Under the pieces are notes generated by a model. It was not told the DNA's origin, did no database searches, and was given only the letters and a program-made list of their open reading frames with translations. Of a stretch of DNA of 32,000 nucleotides, positions 28,973 through 32,000 are shown piece after piece. A program made the translations under genes and the position numbers. Origin of the DNA: Synechocystis sp. PCC 6803 substr. PCC-P (lineage in GTDB: Bacteria > Cyanobacteriota > Cyanobacteriia > Cyanobacteriales > Microcystaceae); the NCBI RefSeq assembly GCF_000284455.1, contig NC_017039.1, positions 270,001-302,000 on the forward strand, given 5' to 3'. The first letter of the stretch is position 1. Every line of letters begins with the position of its first letter.

Positions 28973-29521
28973 CATAACCTCCGTCCCAATGGGGGAAACT
29001 CAACAGTTGTCTTTTGGGCAAGTTTGAGAAAACGGGGAGGTTTTCTGCCTCTGGTTTTATCAACCAGGACTAGGTATTAGGTAATTTATTTTCCTGCCCC
29101 CTGATCTTTCCTCTTGTTTTAATTATCCAATGAAAAACAGGTTAGATGAGGATTTCTTAATATATTGTCAAATTGGGCAAATTTTTTAGACCAGACTCCA
29201 GGGCAACTTTTTACTGCTCAATTTATTTTTTGCCCACTGGGCATATCTCCTCAGGCATTTACCACAGTTCCCTTATGGTTTTCTGACAAACACAATTTTG
29301 TTTGACCTAGGTTGAAATTTTTGTCTTAACTGCCCGGATTTTTAGATCATGTATTCACTACTAACTAGATTGAGAAATGTTGAGACTGGCCAAGCTAAAG
29401 TCTGGCAAAGTCGATTGACAGGGGGGAGAGGTATCCCCTAGGCTTAGGCTTATTTTCCGGCCTCCGGTCGACCAGCTCAGCTTGGGCAATTGATCAACAA
29501 TTCATTCCATAGAACTAATCA

Positions 29522-30883
29522 ATGCGTGTTTGTGTTATCGGAACGGGATATGTGGGTTTAGTCACTGGCGTTTGCCTGGCCCATATTGGCCATCAAGTAA
29601 TTTGTGTTGATAACAACGAGGAAAAAGTCAAGCTCATGCGGGCAGGGCAATCCCCCATCTATGAACCCGGGCTGTCGGAGTTGATGGTGGCCAATATGGA
29701 AAGCGGTCGTCTAGTATTCACTACGGATTTGGGCAAGGGAGTCCAGGAGAGTGCAATTCTTTTCATTGCAGTGGGTACTCCCGCCTTGGAGGATGGTTCC
29801 AGTGATACCCGTTATGTGGAGGCGGTGGCCCGCAGTATTGGTGAGCATCTCGATGAACAGTATCGGGTGATTGTCAATAAATCAACTGTGCCCATTGGTT
29901 CCGGGGATTGGGTGCGGATGATTGTCACCGAAGGCAATGAAGCCCATCAACAACAAACGGGTCAGGCGATCGCCGTTAACTTTGACGTGGTTAGTAACCC
30001 AGAATTTTTGCGAGAAGGGTCGGCGGTTTACGATACGTTTAACCCGGACAGAATTGTGTTGGGGGGCAATAATCCCCAGGCCTTGGCTTTAATGCGGGAA
30101 CTTTACACGCCCTTAATTGAAAGGCGGGTGGGGGAAAATCCTGAGCTGCCGCCGGTGCCGGTGGTGATGACGGACCTTAGTTCGGCGGAAATGATTAAGT
30201 ATGCGGCCAATGCTTTTTTGGCTACCAAAATTAGTTTTATTAACGAGGTGGCCAATATCTGTGACCGGGTAGGGGCGGATGTGACCCAGGTGGCCCAGGG
30301 CATTGGCTTGGATTCCCGTATCGGTAGTAAATTTCTTAATGCGGGCATTGGTTGGGGAGGTTCCTGTTTTCCGAAGGATGTGTCTGCGTTGATCCACACT
30401 GCGAAGGACTATGGTTACACCACTTCAATTTTGAATGCCGTAGTGGAGGTAAACCAGGTACAACGGCTGATTGTGGTGGAAAAACTACAGCAGGAGTTAA
30501 AAATCCTTAAAGGTAAGGTGATTGGCCTGTTGGGATTGACTTTTAAGCCGGATACGGATGATATGCGGGATGCTCCAGCCCTGAACATAATTCAACAACT
30601 AAATCGTTTGGGAGCCAAGGTGAAAGCCTATGATCCGATTGTTTCCCAGTCTGGGGTAAGCCATGGTTTATCGGGGGTAAAAATTGAGTCGACCCCGGCT
30701 ATGTTGGCGGACCAGTGTGATGCGTTAATTTTGGTGACGGAATGGCAGGAATTTTTAAAGCTAGATTTTCCTGTCCTGGCCAGCCGTATGCATCAGGCTG
30801 TGATCATTGATGGTCGTAATTTCCTCGACAAGGAAAAATTGCAAGGGGCAGGATTCCGTTACCTAGGGGTTGGTCGTAGTTAG
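29522..30883 (+). CDS. ugd: UDP-glucose 6-dehydrogenase
   Basis: MRVCVIGTGYVGLVTGVCLAHIGHQVICVDNN, NPEFLREGSAVYDTFNPDRIVLG, GIGWGGSCFPKDVSALIHTA, GLTFKPDTDDMRDAPAL. Confidence 0.96.
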   Translation: MRVCVIGTGYVGLVTGVCLAHIGHQVICVDNNEEKVKLMRAGQSPIYEPGLSELMVANMESGRLVFTTDLGKGVQESAILFIAVGTPALEDGSSDTRYVEAVARSIGEHLDEQYRVIVNKSTVPIGSGDWVRMIVTEGNEAHQQQTGQAIAVNFDVVSNPEFLREGSAVYDTFNPDRIVLGGNNPQALALMRELYTPLIERRVGENPELPPVPVVMTDLSSAEMIKYAANAFLATKISFINEVANICDRVGADVTQVAQGIGLDSRIGSKFLNAGIGWGGSCFPKDVSALIHTAKDYGYTTSILNAVVEVNQVQRLIVVEKLQQELKILKGKVIGLLGLTFKPDTDDMRDAPALNIIQQLNRLGAKVKAYDPIVSQSGVSHGLSGVKIESTPAMLADQCDALILVTEWQEFLKLDFPVLASRMHQAVIIDGRNFLDKEKLQGAGFRYLGVGRS

Positions 30884-31109
30884 GGCCATATTCAGCTCAA
30901 AAGTTGATGGGGAATTAAACACCGCCAGATAAGTCCTAGTGACAATCTTGCCCAACTTCAATTCCCCCCCTATCTCCCACGGACAGTAGAAATAAACAAC
31001 GTTACAATTAGATACAATCATCGTTGTCAACCATAGGGATAAATGCCTTACCCTGGGCGTGTTTCACCATCACTGACGACGGCATAAAAATTGTCCCATT
31101 GTTTTTCCT

Positions 31110-32000
31110 ATGACCTTTGTAGCCGCTTCCATAACTGATAACCAATTCGATGTGGCGATCGCCGGGGGAGGCGTTGTGGGGCTGGTACTAGCGGCGGGTT
31201 TGCGTCATACGGGGCTGAAAATTGCCATTATCGAAGCTTTACCGAAGGAACAGGCCCTAACTAAGCCCCAGGCCTATGCCATTTCCCTGCTGTCGGGCAA
31301 AATCTTAGCGGGACTGGGGGTCTGGGAAAATATTAAGGACTCCATCGGTCATTTCGAACGCATCCAAATTTCCGATAATGACTATCGGGGTACCGTTCCC
31401 TTTGCCAAGGAAGATGTGGACGAACTGGCCCTGGGCCATGTGGCGGAGCATCCAGTCATTCTGCAGGCGCTGGAAAATTGTGTAGAGCAATGTCCCCGCA
31501 TTGCCTGGTTTCGTCCCGCTGAGTTGATCAGTTTTACGGCGGGAGAGAACCACAAACAGGTCACCCTACAACAGGAAGGCAGAGAAATTACCCTACAAAC
31601 CAAATTGTTGGTGGCGGCGGATGGAGCCCGTTCCCACACCCGTTCCCTGGCGGGGATTCAAACCAAGGGGTGGAAATATTGGCAATCCTGTGTGGCTTTC
31701 ACCATCCAGCATCAAGCCCCTGACAATACCACTGCCTTTGAGCGTTTTTGTGACACTGGTCCCATGGGGATTTTGCCCCTACCCGGCGATCGAGCCCAGA
31801 TTGTCTGGACCATGCCCCACCATAAGGCCCATACCCTAGTGAATCTACCGGAAGCGGATTTTATTACAGAACTGCGCCAACGCATTGGCGATCGCCTAGG
31901 GGAATTTCATTTAATTAATGCCCGCCGTTTATTTCCGGTGCAACTAATGCAGAGCGATTGTTATGTGCAACCCCGCTTGGCATTAGTGGGGGATGCGGCC
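31110..32000 (+). CDS. FAD-dependent UbiH/UbiF-family monooxygenase (truncated at window edge)
   Basis: Frame from ATG 31110: MTFVAASITDNQFDVAIAGGGVVGLVLAAGLRHTGLKIAIIEAL..., through ...QPRLALVGDAA, the second FAD-binding motif, at the right edge. Confidence 0.88.
   Translation, partial: MTFVAASITDNQFDVAIAGGGVVGLVLAAGLRHTGLKIAIIEALPKEQALTKPQAYAISLLSGKILAGLGVWENIKDSIGHFERIQISDNDYRGTVPFAKEDVDELALGHVAEHPVILQALENCVEQCPRIAWFRPAELISFTAGENHKQVTLQQEGREITLQTKLLVAADGARSHTRSLAGIQTKGWKYWQSCVAFTIQHQAPDNTTAFERFCDTGPMGILPLPGDRAQIVWTMPHHKAHTLVNLPEADFITELRQRIGDRLGEFHLINARRLFPVQLMQSDCYVQPRLALVGDAA

Noticed and set aside
30996-31027. Inverted repeat ACAACG...CGTTGT upstream of the UbiH-like gene
   Set aside because: Only 6 bp with a 20-nt AT-rich spacer, easily expected by chance in this intergenic region.
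1-32000. Search for CRISPR arrays, IS elements, att-like direct repeats and retron/defence-style multigene cassettes
   Set aside because: No regularly spaced direct repeats, no transposase catalytic motifs, no reverse transcriptase or helicase-nuclease combinations were seen. The tRNA-Thr gene has no adjacent integrase or duplicated 3' end nearby.

Overview
The window looks like ordinary core chromosome of a Synechocystis-type cyanobacterium. Support for this is dense GCGATCGC (HIP1) palindromes, psbU, ndhD2, crtD, futA1 and menG. Confident genes, in order: 3' part of a HEAT-repeat protein gene (-), pheA (-), tRNA-Thr(CGU) (+), MASE1-like/GGDEF protein (+), a nonsense-interrupted ChrR-type cupin gene (-), HD-domain hydrolase (-), cofH (-), VOC/glyoxalase-like protein (-), two same-strand uncharacterised proteins (+), DUF3611-type membrane protein (-), biotin-protein ligase (-), universal stress protein (-), menG (-), brnT/brnA-type toxin-antitoxin pair (-), icd (+), Uma2-family protein (+), Rpn/PD-(D/E)XK-type protein (-), ndhD2 (+), MFS transporter (-), crtD (+), YggT/Ycf19 (+), futA1-type iron-binding protein (+), trmD (-) with a 57-aa ORF just upstream, pfkA (-), FUSC-family protein (+), psbU (-), HNH endonuclease (-), a 48/49-aa small ORF (-), UDP-glucose dehydrogenase (+) and a truncated UbiH-like FAD monooxygenase (+). 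I see no CRISPR array, IS element, prophage or obvious novel multigene defence system. The best second-look items are the small ORF near 28.9 kb, whose leader has two hairpins and a loop complementary to its own Shine-Dalgarno, the cupin gene broken by one in-frame TAA, an NtcA-type promoter in front of icd, the uncharacterised 6423/8422 ORF pair, and the nuclease/toxin-antitoxin genes surrounding icd.
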